Shown here: positions 1 to 8,936 of the stretch, in pieces | Layout: each line of letters opens with the position of its first letter | How positions within the stretch are numbered: position 1 is the stretch's first letter | From: Pyrodictium delaneyi | Lineage (GTDB): Archaea > Thermoproteota > Thermoprotei_A > Sulfolobales > Pyrodictiaceae | Reading direction: 5' to 3' | Length of the DNA stretch: 32,000 bases | NCBI RefSeq assembly: GCF_001412615.1 | Contig: NZ_CP013011.1 | Span: 1,170,001 to 1,202,000 of the forward strand | Notes under the pieces: model-generated | Told to the model about the DNA's origin: nothing | Database searches by the model: none | What the model saw: the letters and a program-made list of their open reading frames with translations, nothing else | Made by a program: the position numbers and the translations under genes

Positions 1-1092
1 AAGCTTATCCAGCATCTCTTCAAGCCTACTCTTCTCCTTTTCTATTTCGCCTTTGCATCCCTCGCCGACGCGGATAGGTTTGTCTATGCGCGATAGGAGT
101 ACTACACGGCTTTCTATCTGCTGCGAGAGTATTTTGTATCCGGTTAGCTCGGCGAACTTCTTTGCAAATGCGAGGACCTCTATGTGACGTAGCATGTCCT
201 TGTTGGAGAGGCGGTGTCGTGCAGCACCGACGTGCATATAGGATTTAAACTCTATGTAAGTAGGCTGTGCGATCTCTACGAGTTTGGCCCAGGCTTTGAG
301 TGCTGTGTCGTGGATGTTGAAGCTTCTCACTAGTGTGAACCTTATCACTGTAATGCTTGAGAAACTTGGCAACATTTCTAGAGTCTTCAGAGTTAACTCC
401 CAGGCCCTTGGCACGAGTGGTTTGTCAAACTCGTTGTAGCTCTTCTTGTCCCACGCCTCTATGCTGATATAGAGTTGTGTAGGCTCCTCCTCAAGGTTAG
501 CCAGTACGTCAGGGCGTACACCACGGGTTACTAGAAATGTTGTAAGGCCGCGTTTATGATACTCGTGTATTAACTCGCCAAGGCGTGGATAAAGTGTGGG
601 CTCACCGGTGAGACTTATAGCCACGTGGACTGGATTCATTGCTTCTTCCAGCATGCGCTTCATTCTTTCGTCAGCCTTGGGGTGGCCCCAGTAGCCCATA
701 AGGGATTCTCGATGCGCCTCTATGCTGCCTTCTGCTATGAGGTCGGGGTCGTCTATCCATGGTAGCTTAGTGTCGTCCCAGCGTATGGTGTCTGTTGGGC
801 GTAGCCTCCAGCAGTGTAGGCATGCATTCCAACACCATAGTGCAGCAGGGCTCATTTGTATATCGCGATGACTCTCTATTCCATAGAACCGGCACTTGTA
901 GCAGAACCTATTCTCTACAAGAGCCGCGTGTGTCCAATGGCACTTCTTGACGACGCTGTGGCGGCCAACAATTATGTAGCCTTGCCTCTCAAGTATACGG
1001 TATAAGCTGCGGTAAGGTTCTGGAAAATCGTCTATACGATACTTCCATCTCTTATTTCTAACAGTTCTGGGCCTAAAGTCCGCCTGGGTCAT
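1..1092 (-). CDS. taw1: tRNA 4-demethylwyosine synthase, Taw1/TYW1-type radical SAM enzyme (3' end of the gene lies beyond position 1)
   Basis: Not in the ORF track because it is open at the window edge. The reverse-strand ATG at 1092-1090 opens a stop-free frame to position 1 (364 codons). My translation starts MTQADFRPRTVRNKRWKYRIDDFPEPYRSLYRILERQGYIIVGRHSVVKKCHWTHAALVENRFCYKCRFYGIESHRDIQMSPAALWCWNACLHCWRLRPTD. It carries the radical-SAM CxxxCxxC box (CWNACLHC), an upstream second Cys cluster (CHW..CYKC) and later LTGEPTLYPRLGELI, as in archaeal Taw1. Confidence 0.8.
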   Translation of the reverse strand, partial: MTQADFRPRTVRNKRWKYRIDDFPEPYRSLYRILERQGYIIVGRHSVVKKCHWTHAALVENRFCYKCRFYGIESHRDIQMSPAALWCWNACLHCWRLRPTDTIRWDDTKLPWIDDPDLIAEGSIEAHRESLMGYWGHPKADERMKRMLEEAMNPVHVAISLTGEPTLYPRLGELIHEYHKRGLTTFLVTRGVRPDVLANLEEEPTQLYISIEAWDKKSYNEFDKPLVPRAWELTLKTLEMLPSFSSITVIRFTLVRSFNIHDTALKAWAKLVEIAQPTYIEFKSYMHVGAARHRLSNKDMLRHIEVLAFAKKFAELTGYKILSQQIESRVVLLSRIDKPIRVGEGCKGEIEKEKSRLEEMLDKL

Positions 1093-1297
1093 TCAACCCC
1101 CGTTAACCCTGCTTCACCTCTAGACCCCTAATTAGCAGCTCTGCTGGTAGGGTTTGTCAACTGATTGTCGAGAGAATTTTTAGACATAACTTATTACATT
1201 GCTAGCGACAAGGGGTGTGGTGCACACCCTTTAGCCGACCCCAAGGCGGGATGAGGGGAGTGGCCAGGACCGAACCCCATAAATGTGTACTTATGCT

Positions 1298-1381
1298 TCA
1301 GTGCTCCGCCTACTCATCACGCCTCTGCAGCCCTTACAATATGGTCGGGTGATGCTTGTCAGACCCAAAGGTCTTCATCAT
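1298..1381 (-). ncRNA. candidate box C/D sRNA (two C-N12-D modules with an unusually long internal spacer)
   Basis: On the minus strand: ATGATGA (1381-1375), 12 nt AGACCTTTGGGT, CTGA (1362-1359), a 38-nt spacer, GTGATGA (1320-1314), 12 nt GTAGGCGGAGCA, CTGA (1301-1298). The exact RUGAUGA-N12-CUGA spacing occurs twice within 84 nt of a non-coding gap. Confidence 0.5.
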
Positions 1382-1385
1382 GAAC

Positions 1386-1443
1386 ATGCTGAGCCAACAC
1401 CTAGCTGATTATGTGGTAATGTGATGAATTCCCTGTGGTCTGA
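1386..1443 (+). ncRNA. candidate box C/D sRNA (58 nt, degenerate 5' C box)
   Basis: On the plus strand: ATGCTGA (1386-1392, one mismatch to RUGAUGA), 12 nt GCCAACACCTAG, CTGA (1405-1408), a 12-nt spacer, GTGATGA (1421-1427), 12 nt ATTCCCTGTGGT, CTGA (1440-1443). This is the canonical archaeal C / D' / C' / D layout. Only the 3' half has perfect boxes. Confidence 0.4.
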
Positions 1444-1496
1444 GCCCCTTATGGTATACCATTCTATTCTATGCAACATATGCAAATATAGTATGT

Positions 1497-1856
1497 CTAG
1501 TTGATATCTATGTGTAGTTGTAACCCATTTTTCTCTACTACATCCCAGAACTCATTAGCAGATCTAATAACCCTTATAGGTTTCCCACGGGTGTTATCTA
1601 GTGCTTCTTCGAGTTCAAGAAGTTTCCTCTTAAATTCTAAACCTCTGCTAAAACCGCCAAGCCCTCGTGTTGAGACCACTCGATGACAGGGGACTATCAC
1701 AAGATCCTTATTCTGACGCATGTACATGCCCACTACTCTGGGTGTGGTCGCGCAAAGTTCTGCTAGAGCCCCATAAGTCACCGTATAGCCCATTGGAACC
1801 ATCATAAGGAGTAAGTAGACTATGTCCTTTCTTGAACGGGGGTCCTTCCAGCTCAC
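1497..1856 (-). CDS. ogt: methylated-DNA--protein-cysteine methyltransferase family protein (C-terminal catalytic domain only)
   Basis: 119-aa ORF with the alkyl-acceptor motif PCHRVV preceded by the helix-turn-helix segment TYGALAELCATTPRVVG. This matches the O6-alkylguanine-DNA alkyltransferase DNA-binding/catalytic domain. No N-terminal Ogt domain is present. Confidence 0.75.
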   Translation of the reverse strand: MSWKDPRSRKDIVYLLLMMVPMGYTVTYGALAELCATTPRVVGMYMRQNKDLVIVPCHRVVSTRGLGGFSRGLEFKRKLLELEEALDNTRGKPIRVIRSANEFWDVVEKNGLQLHIDIN

Positions 1857-1977
1857 CCTCTCCTCACCCTTTACATCTTGATGCTAGGGAGGGTTCATCG
1901 GCATCTTTGCGGGGAGGCCAGTCATCCCCCGTGGTCTCAGCCTTTTGAGATGTACTCTATCAAACCTGTGCAAAACA

Positions 1978-1985
1978 TTTATAAG
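1978..1985 (+). promoter_or_regulatory. TATA-box-like element upstream of initiator tRNA
   Basis: TTTATAAG preceded by the A-rich BRE-like CAAAACA, about 50 nt upstream of the mature tRNA 5' end at 2034. The other tRNA genes in this window show similar spacing. Confidence 0.4.
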
Positions 1986-2033
1986 GGTTTGTACAGAGAT
2001 GATGTTACAGCATGGTGGATGGCGGGGTAGCAT

Positions 2034-2110
2034 AGCGGGGTAGGGTAGCCTGGTAGCCCGCGGGGCTCATAACCCCGAGGTCGGTGGTTCAAATCCACCC
2101 CCCGCTACCA
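2034..2110 (+). tRNA. initiator tRNA-Met (anticodon CAT), CCA encoded
   Basis: AGCGGGG TA GGGT AGCCTGGTA GCCC G CGGGG CTCATAA CCCCG AGGTC GGTGG TTCAAAT CCACC CCCCGCT A CCA folds by hand into a cloverleaf. The A1:U72 pair and the run of G:C pairs closing the anticodon loop are archaeal initiator hallmarks. Confidence 0.9.
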
Positions 2111-2308
2111 CAAGCCCGCCGCGCGCGGGCCCCCGCCGCCAATTCTCCCTCCTTTCACGAAAATGCGAACGTCCACGTCTACTCTTCACAAGTTATTGAC
2201 GGTTCTCTGCTGATACGATTATTGTATTAATAATCGGTATTCGGATTAGTTACGATCAGCTATCTCTAAGAATCTGGTACCTCCATGCTGTTCTGATAAA
2301 GGGGATCC

Positions 2309-4489
2309 ATGATTATTAAGAAACAGTTTATGCTTGCGTTACCATTCTCGATAAGACGTGTTAGCGATATGAACTATACTAATATTGATAATTGTAAATC
2401 TAGTCTGCTAGTCGTGGCTGAGGGTCATGGGAAGCTAATTGAACTAGATTGTGTCGATAAATTTGTCTTTGTACCGCTAGACTATGATGGTGATGTTGAC
2501 TATGAGTTATATGATAATGAACGTGTGTGTGCAAGTAACCGTAGAGACGATAATAACTCCATACAAGTTATACGTGGTCCCCATACTATAGTATATGAGC
2601 ACAAAGGTCTACTAGGGAGATCCCTGAGTATATTGTTTCGTGCTAGCGGTTGTAGGAGAGGTGATGTAATTAACAGGGCTAGTACTATAAAGTCGGATCA
2701 AGATCTCGTCTCTAGTTATGTCCTCTACCGTCGTGCTGGCGAGTACTATTTAATATTTGATACTGCTACTTCATTTATTCATGTGAGACTTGGCGAGAAA
2801 CCTCTAGAGGTTAAGCATAGAAATGGAGTATTTATGGCTCTTTTTAAGGACTATATTAGGCTCCTAAGTCCTATTACGGGATTCATAGACATACCTTCTT
2901 CGGAAAGTAGTCTTGAACCGCTTGGGTACAATTCTGAAGGAGATATCCTTCTCTACAATAGGAATGATGGAGTGGTTTATGCTATTGATAAAATTGGCGG
3001 CATTAAGCCGGTAATTCGTTGTAATAGCATAAGTGTTATGCCCTCATATGAGGGATATAGTATCATTGAGTGTGACCATAGGGTAATAGGCGGTGTAAGT
3101 GCTGTAGCATCATATGGTCTAGCATTATTAAGGCAACTTATATCTTCACGTAGGTCCCTAATAATATTCCCCTATATAGTACTAGTAGATAATAATATAT
3201 CTATAATCGAGCTTGGAAAGATCACTAGCGTTCTAGCCGATGTAGTATGGGATGGGATTGCCAAGAAAATTAGGGTTTTTGGATTATACGGCGGAATAGA
3301 CCATGACACTGTTGGCAGAGTCGTATCAGTAATGGAGAATGAGGTTACAGGAAGATTTATTGACTATTCAATAATACTAGAAAGGTGCATATTGCAAAGG
3401 ATCGATAAAGGTGGAATATGCATACAGTATGACGGTATTTGCTCTGATAAGATTCTTAGGGTATGGGGGAGGCTCGTAGGCTTTGACATGAATAGTTTTG
3501 AGCCAGTTCTAGTAGTTAATGAGGATCATATTAGGCCGAGCGTACTTGAGTTTAACAATGGCAGTTTTTACGCAGAATATGTTATGCCAAAGCATTTAGA
3601 TGATTTGGATAATATTGATGGATTATACGTAGTTGAGAAATCTAGTGGTATATCTGTAAGAATTAAAAAAATTGATATAAGAAAGGTTTATGTAAACACT
3701 GACATAGTTGACATAGCGTTGCAAGACATCAGTACGGTCCGGATACGTCTCAGAATTACAAGTAACTTTGAGCTGTATAAGCTCTTCGTGCTCCCAGGAT
3801 ATCAGCAAGCTAAGATAATATATAGAGAATTGAAGATGAATAGTGACAGTGGAGGAATAATTTATGAAGCAGAAGCAATAATTAATGTTGAAATAGACGA
3901 ATTATATGCTAATAGGTATAGGCTGAATATACTCTTGGTAAGTGACAATAATATTAGGATACTTAGTTCTGTAGACGTAAGAGGAGAGATAATTAATATG
4001 TTTGGAATAATTAATAGTCTAGATATATTAGTTAATAACGATATTGAACTCTTGGAGGTAGTACTTAGAAAGAGTGGACATATAGTCTTTAGGGTGAATG
4101 ATATAGATATGCCTATTGAAGTTGGAGGAGAATTCTATTTGCGCGTGCCAGGTGGTATGGGTAGTGTAGTACTCCGGGATAGGAGTGGTATTAGAAGCTT
4201 TACTACTTTTGGTGTAAAGGGTAACACTGTTCTTGTACAGTTAGTTAATAAGCATATAGTTGAATTTAAGTGTAATGTGGGTTGTACATTGCTATGTGGT
4301 AAACATGTTCTAGTAAGCGGGAGGAGTGTATACGTTGATTTGAACGATATAGCTAACCTTGGTGATGTTTGCAAGATAATAAGCATAGGTTATGGAACAT
4401 TAAAAGAGGGTGTAGTTAATGTTCCTAGACTATTATTAGGGATGGCTGTGAGAGTTGGGGTTGAATTAGCTAAGCATCTTAAGTTGTGA
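2309..4489 (+). CDS. large AT-rich orphan protein (726 aa), no recognisable domain
   Basis: Uninterrupted 2181-nt ORF with ATG at 2309 and the purine-rich AAAGGGGA just upstream. Sampled 60-nt lines inside it give about 28-43 percent G+C, against about 45-60 percent in the flanks. It is rich in I, V, N, D, R and Y and looks mostly beta. I saw no TM segment and no catalytic motif I recognise. Confidence 0.6.
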   Translation: MIIKKQFMLALPFSIRRVSDMNYTNIDNCKSSLLVVAEGHGKLIELDCVDKFVFVPLDYDGDVDYELYDNERVCASNRRDDNNSIQVIRGPHTIVYEHKGLLGRSLSILFRASGCRRGDVINRASTIKSDQDLVSSYVLYRRAGEYYLIFDTATSFIHVRLGEKPLEVKHRNGVFMALFKDYIRLLSPITGFIDIPSSESSLEPLGYNSEGDILLYNRNDGVVYAIDKIGGIKPVIRCNSISVMPSYEGYSIIECDHRVIGGVSAVASYGLALLRQLISSRRSLIIFPYIVLVDNNISIIELGKITSVLADVVWDGIAKKIRVFGLYGGIDHDTVGRVVSVMENEVTGRFIDYSIILERCILQRIDKGGICIQYDGICSDKILRVWGRLVGFDMNSFEPVLVVNEDHIRPSVLEFNNGSFYAEYVMPKHLDDLDNIDGLYVVEKSSGISVRIKKIDIRKVYVNTDIVDIALQDISTVRIRLRITSNFELYKLFVLPGYQQAKIIYRELKMNSDSGGIIYEAEAIINVEIDELYANRYRLNILLVSDNNIRILSSVDVRGEIINMFGIINSLDILVNNDIELLEVVLRKSGHIVFRVNDIDMPIEVGGEFYLRVPGGMGSVVLRDRSGIRSFTTFGVKGNTVLVQLVNKHIVEFKCNVGCTLLCGKHVLVSGRSVYVDLNDIANLGDVCKIISIGYGTLKEGVVNVPRLLLGMAVRVGVELAKHLKL

Positions 4490-5647
4490 CAACACATAGT
4501 CTCTAATTCTACTGGTGTCTGGTAGCTCAGTGACGAGATTGCCATTCTCCATTACTCTTTCTAGTAGTGGGCGTGGCTCAGAGCCATCATTACACTTGAA
4601 CGAGGGGGACTCGTTCCAAGGAAGTATGACGTCGTTCAATGGTGGGCATCGATATACCTGCTTCATGCCTGGAAGCTTTCCGCGCTTAGTTATGGGGATC
4701 CATTCATTGCCGCGTTTAATCTCTATAATGTCCATGCTTATATCTATGCTCGGCGGAAATGCTATCGATGTGCCAACACCGAATGCGTCAACTAGATCTC
4801 TGAGCTCCTTGATGCTTTCCTCGTCGAGGCCTCCGCTGACTATTATTTTTACATCCTTGTAGCCATTGAGGTTTAACGTCCATCGAACTTCCTCGATTAT
4901 TCTCTTCATGTTGCCTCTCCTACTGCTAGGAGTATCTAGTCTTACACCATAGAGGCGCTTGCCTAGTGTGCGCGCAGCTAATAGTGCTTCATATCTCTCG
5001 TCATAGAATGTATCGACAAGAGCTATCCGTGGGACATCAGGCTCAACAACTTCGTCGAAGGCCTTCCATGCTTCTACAGGATCGCCAAACAGTATTATCA
5101 AAGCATGTGGCATCGTGCCGCGGGGTTCGATGCCTAGAAATTCCCGTGATAACAGCCCGGAGACTGAGTCGCAGCCACCAATGTAGGCGGCTCTGTCAAC
5201 CATGGGGGCGAGTGCTGGATGTACTGAGCGCAGACCGAAGAATAACACAGTCTTATCTCCTGCTGCAAGTCTTATTCTAGCAGCCTTGGTGGCTATGCTC
5301 GTTTCATGGCGTAGAGCGCCAAGTATAGCTGTCTCTAGTTCGGCAAATTCACAGTAAGGTCCTTCAATAACCATTAGCGGCTCTACTGGCTTGAATATAG
5401 TGCCTTCACGCATGGCATAAACGTTGACCTGCTTTCCCTCGAGGATGGCTAAAGCTTCCTCGAGCCCGGCAAACACTGCCCACTTATATCCTCTAGGCAA
5501 ACTATAGGCGTGGAACTCAGCCCTCACAATAGTATTGCAGAGGCCCTTAGCCTCTAGGATGCGGCGTGTCCTCGTAAAGTACACGTCAGTAGCTCTACCC
5601 TTGAGTATATCATCTATGCTGGCTACGTAGAGGCGCGGCTTACTCAT
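4466..5647 (-). CDS. pncB: nicotinate phosphoribosyltransferase (archaeal type)
   Basis: 393-aa ORF. The overall sequence and the segments [27 protein letters not shown] and VSGGLDE match the archaeal NAPRTase family as I remember it. Its ATG lies 3 nt downstream of the stop of the upstream YjbQ gene, so the two form an operon. Confidence 0.8.
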   Translation of the reverse strand: MSKPRLYVASIDDILKGRATDVYFTRTRRILEAKGLCNTIVRAEFHAYSLPRGYKWAVFAGLEEALAILEGKQVNVYAMREGTIFKPVEPLMVIEGPYCEFAELETAILGALRHETSIATKAARIRLAAGDKTVLFFGLRSVHPALAPMVDRAAYIGGCDSVSGLLSREFLGIEPRGTMPHALIILFGDPVEAWKAFDEVVEPDVPRIALVDTFYDERYEALLAARTLGKRLYGVRLDTPSSRRGNMKRIIEEVRWTLNLNGYKDVKIIVSGGLDEESIKELRDLVDAFGVGTSIAFPPSIDISMDIIEIKRGNEWIPITKRGKLPGMKQVYRCPPLNDVILPWNESPSFKCNDGSEPRPLLERVMENGNLVTELPDTSRIRDYVLSQLKMLS

Positions 5648-5650
5648 ATC

Positions 5651-6061
5651 TTAGTCACCCATTATTTCGACAATTATCCTCCTAGTTCGAGGGCCATCGA
5701 GTTCTACCAGAAGGATGTTTTGCCATGTCCCCTTGACAAGCCTCCCGCCCAGAATAGGGAACACTCTGGAAGGACCTATAACTGCGGCAGCGAGGTGTGC
5801 ATGAGCATTATCATCTATCCTGTTGTGCCTCCAATCATAATCCGGCTTAAAGACTTCTTGTATAAACTCGATGTAGTCGCCAAGAAGACCAGGCTCAGCC
5901 TCATTGGCCATAATGGCTGCTGTTGCGTGAGGTACGAATACGAGACATAGACCATTCTTAATACCAGATTCACGGACAATAGCCTCAACGTCACTAGTTA
6001 AATCTATGATCTCGAAACGACTCGTACTGGTAACACTAAGCTCTTTGACTACAATCTTCAT
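5651..6061 (-). CDS. YjbQ/UPF0047 family protein (secondary thiamine-phosphate synthase-like)
   Basis: 136 aa with the family landmarks VPHATAAI, DDNAHAHL and GTWQNILLVELDGPRTR. Confidence 0.8.
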   Translation of the reverse strand: MKIVVKELSVTSTSRFEIIDLTSDVEAIVRESGIKNGLCLVFVPHATAAIMANEAEPGLLGDYIEFIQEVFKPDYDWRHNRIDDNAHAHLAAAVIGPSRVFPILGGRLVKGTWQNILLVELDGPRTRRIIVEIMGD

Positions 6062-6195
6062 TCAAAAGCCACCTCATAGCCTCGAAATAATCCCTAGCTT
6101 CTAAGGCGTAGAGTAGGCGCAAAAGAATTGTTCGAGCCAAGCTACAGTGTACATATTAATTCAGAGCGTTGACATGGCTCATCTGGCGGTATGCT

Positions 6196-6612
6196 ATGAA
6201 GAGCATAGGAGAACAGATAGAAAAACTAGTAGAGGAGAAGATAAAGCAGCTAGAGCTAGAGCTAGGTGATCCACTAGTATACGCTGATAAGGACTTCGAT
6301 AAACTACTAGAGAAATACCCAATAGTAGTAGTAGAGTTTGCAGCACCCTGGTGCAACCCCTGCAAAGCATATACACCAGTCTTCCGGAGAGTAGCACGCA
6401 AACTCATGAACAAATACGGAGACAAGATAGTCTTCGTGTACCTCGATACGGACAAACTCCCGGAAATAGCGGACCGCTACTCCGTAGAGAACATTCCCAC
6501 AACTATAGTATTCGTTAACGGTCATGTGGCGGACGTTATTATGGGTGCGACGCAGGAGTCACGGCTTGAGGATAAGATACTGAGTATAGCACGAGAAGTG
6601 CTAGACCATTAA
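6196..6612 (+). CDS. thioredoxin
   Basis: CxxC active site in thioredoxin context (EFAAPWCNPCKAY) and the cis-Pro segment VENIPTTIVF. The ORF track starts at TTG 6169. I prefer ATG 6196 (MKSIGEQ) because the AT-rich ATATTAAT box at about 6152-6159 sits about 40 nt upstream. Confidence 0.8.
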   Translation: MKSIGEQIEKLVEEKIKQLELELGDPLVYADKDFDKLLEKYPIVVVEFAAPWCNPCKAYTPVFRRVARKLMNKYGDKIVFVYLDTDKLPEIADRYSVENIPTTIVFVNGHVADVIMGATQESRLEDKILSIAREVLDH

Positions 6613-6836
6613 GTAATGATAGAGTAGACTAAGAGAATACACCTTCGAGCTTCGGCAAAGGGGGAGGTGCATCATCCCCTAATGCAGGGTCCGCTTGGGG
6701 ACAGCGCCTCCACATTCGCCAAGGATGAATAATGGGTTCCGAGACGAGACTTAAAACTCTGTTTTTGGCCCTGTCAGTTCAAGTATAAGGAGCTTGAGTA
6801 TAGCAGTGATGAAATTAGGCCGAGGTCCGAGCCCAG

Positions 6837-7673
6837 ATGCGGAGAGAGGATGGCACTGAGCCCATAAAGCTACCAATACTCGGATTTAAGCCACTCATAG
6901 GCGTTGTTCATCTTCCGCCAACACCTTCATCGCCCAGAGGCTATGGGGGCGTAGATAGACTCATAGAGTACACGCTAAGCGAGATAGCCAAGCTAGAGGA
7001 AGCAGGATTTGACGCAGTAATAATAGAGAACTACGGCGACAAACCCTTCGACATAGAATCTAGCGACGAAGTACTATTATCCGTGTTATCCGTGATAGTG
7101 AGAGAAACAGTAAAATCCACAAAGCTAGTAGTGGGAGTTAATGTTCTACGAAACAATGCTAAAGCATCAATAGCAGTAGCCTATGCTAGCGGCGCTAGAT
7201 TTGTACGAGTAAATGCATATTGCGAACTACGCGTAGCACCCGAGGGTGTCCTCTTACCCATTGCGAGAGAAGTTGAACAGCTTAGAAAACAGCTAGATAG
7301 AAACATTCTAGTTCTAGCAGATATCGATGTAAAGCATAGCGATCCTCTTGGAGCTTACAACCTAGGCAACGTACTCTATAACTGTATAGAACGCGGTCAT
7401 ATGGATGCTATAATAGCTAGCGGCACAGCTACATCCAAACCGCCAGAGCCAGGGTACATAGCGTTCATTAAGCGTAACTCGTCTAAACCAGTTATACTCG
7501 GTAGCGGCTTGAATATCAACAATGTACAACTTTACTGGAACCTCGTAGACGGCTTCATAGTAGGGTCATCGATCAAGTATATGGGTAGAGCCGAGAACCC
7601 GATAGACATACGCCGGGCTAAACAGCTGGCCGAAATGGTAGAAAATCTACGCGCTAAGACCTTTCCAGTGTAA
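6837..7673 (+). CDS. BtpA/SgcQ family TIM-barrel protein
   Basis: 278 aa. LIGVVHLPPTPSSPRGYGG and EAGFDAVIIENYGDKPF are typical of the BtpA family (photosystem I biogenesis BtpA-like, widespread in archaea). Confidence 0.7.
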   Translation: MRREDGTEPIKLPILGFKPLIGVVHLPPTPSSPRGYGGVDRLIEYTLSEIAKLEEAGFDAVIIENYGDKPFDIESSDEVLLSVLSVIVRETVKSTKLVVGVNVLRNNAKASIAVAYASGARFVRVNAYCELRVAPEGVLLPIAREVEQLRKQLDRNILVLADIDVKHSDPLGAYNLGNVLYNCIERGHMDAIIASGTATSKPPEPGYIAFIKRNSSKPVILGSGLNINNVQLYWNLVDGFIVGSSIKYMGRAENPIDIRRAKQLAEMVENLRAKTFPV

Positions 7674-7846
7674 AGCCTCTATCAGAGTTACCATGTTACC
7701 ATCTCTAAATCGGACGTAGAGGATATAAATAGTAGAACACTTGGGCTAGCCGCAGAGCAAGCTCCTAGAGTCGCCTACTGCTTGCTAGTTATGCGATAGA
7801 AGTAGCGATTTAGCACGAGGTAACGGGATGTGAGGTGATAGGGCCA

Positions 7847-8578
7847 ATGAGAATACTAGGAGAGCTGGAACCGACAAAGAACAATGAAAAGCTTGCAAAG
7901 AGGGTAGAAAAGCTTGCAGGAGTAGTCGATGCAATAGATATACCAGAAGCCCCTATGGGAAAGCCAATAGCACATGCGGCTATACTAGCAGCATATATCA
8001 AGGCCAAGTACGGCATAGATGCTATCCCACACGTACGTGTATCAGATCTAAACACTGTAGGACTGCTTAGCATCCTTGGCGGTCTTAAGGCCACGGGCAT
8101 AGAAGAGGCAGTACTCCTCAAAGGAGACCAACCAATAGTAGGCAAAGAGGTCGAGGAACTAACAGTCGAGTCAGCTGCGGAAGTAGCCTCGTCAAGACTA
8201 GGTGGTAAGCCACGCTTAGGCGCAATGATGAGCCTAAGATACCCCTTAGAAGCAATAACAAAAAGACTCCAGGCGCCCCTGGACTTCTACCTAGTACTGC
8301 GCCCTAGCCATTCCCTAGAAAAGCTGGAACAAGTAAGCAAGCTTGCCAAGAGTCTCAATAAGCGCCTCTATACATACGTCATAGTAGCTAGCAGTAGAAA
8401 TTACTCCAAGTTGAGAGAGATGCTAGTAGGCCAGCCGGTATACAACATAGACGAGGCAGTAAGATTCGTCACTAAGATACAGGGACTAGTGGATGGTATA
8501 CTAATCTCAAGCCCAGGCGATGTTGATACCATTAGCGAGACAGCCCGGCGGATAAAGAAGGAACTACGGCTAGACTAG
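7847..8578 (+). CDS. methylenetetrahydrofolate reductase-like protein (short archaeal form)
   Basis: The N-terminal pattern ELEPTK...VDAIDIPEAPMGKP...IDAIPHVRVSDLN resembles the MTHFR (MetF) fold family. The ORF track gives GTG 7835. ATG 7847 is preceded by GAGGTGA with 9-nt spacing. The product call is tentative. Confidence 0.45.
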   Translation: MRILGELEPTKNNEKLAKRVEKLAGVVDAIDIPEAPMGKPIAHAAILAAYIKAKYGIDAIPHVRVSDLNTVGLLSILGGLKATGIEEAVLLKGDQPIVGKEVEELTVESAAEVASSRLGGKPRLGAMMSLRYPLEAITKRLQAPLDFYLVLRPSHSLEKLEQVSKLAKSLNKRLYTYVIVASSRNYSKLREMLVGQPVYNIDEAVRFVTKIQGLVDGILISSPGDVDTISETARRIKKELRLD

Positions 8579-8640
8579 GTTGAACTAACAAAGACCGTGC
8601 ACCAAACTAGTAGGGAATGTTAGAATGTTAAGTTCTTAGC

Positions 8641-8931
8641 CTACTCCTCTTCTACGGTACGCGGTGCTACAATGAATCCCTTCTCCGTCTTGGCAGCATT
8701 AAGTAGAGCATCCTCTCTGTCAAGTCCCCGGCTCGGGTTATCGGGCCTCAATAGACCCTCCTTATCAACAGCGTGATAGAGGGGTTCAACACCCTCAAGC
8801 TCGGCCTCGAGAAGCGTGTCGATAAGTCTACGGGCCTTTACAATTCTCTTCTCGAGTTCTTTCGCCTCTTCGTCGTCAAGACTGATGCGTGAAAGCCATG
8901 CAAGATGTTTAACGTCTATGTTCTCCCTCAT
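8641..8931 (-). CDS. gatC: Asp/Glu-tRNA amidotransferase subunit C
   Basis: 96 aa. VKHLAWLSRISLDDEEAKEL ... VEPLYH ... LRPDNP ... GFIVAPRTV is the classic GatC pattern. Confidence 0.85.
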   Translation of the reverse strand: MRENIDVKHLAWLSRISLDDEEAKELEKRIVKARRLIDTLLEAELEGVEPLYHAVDKEGLLRPDNPSRGLDREDALLNAAKTEKGFIVAPRTVEEE

Positions 8932-8936
8932 TGTGG

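Noticed and set aside
2021-2043. Tandem GCGGGGTAG copies at the 5' end of the initiator tRNA, considered as an integration (att) scar for the AT-rich block
   Set aside because: Only 9 nt are repeated. They lie on the 5' side of the tRNA rather than flanking the AT-rich block. No matching repeat occurs near 4490 and no integrase is present. It is mentioned in a finding but not called a mobile element.
4515-5280. Plus-strand ORFs 4515-4862 and 4966-5280
   Set aside because: They are antisense to the NAPRTase gene and are shadow ORFs.
6156-6525. Three minus-strand ORFs antisense to the thioredoxin gene
   Set aside because: The plus-strand frame has the WCNPC thioredoxin site. The antisense ORFs are low-complexity.
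6803-6832. GTGATGA followed by a possible guide in the spacer upstream of the BtpA gene
   Set aside because: No CTGA occurs at the 12-nt spacing (only CCGA, after 14 nt) and there is no second box pair. It is likely chance.
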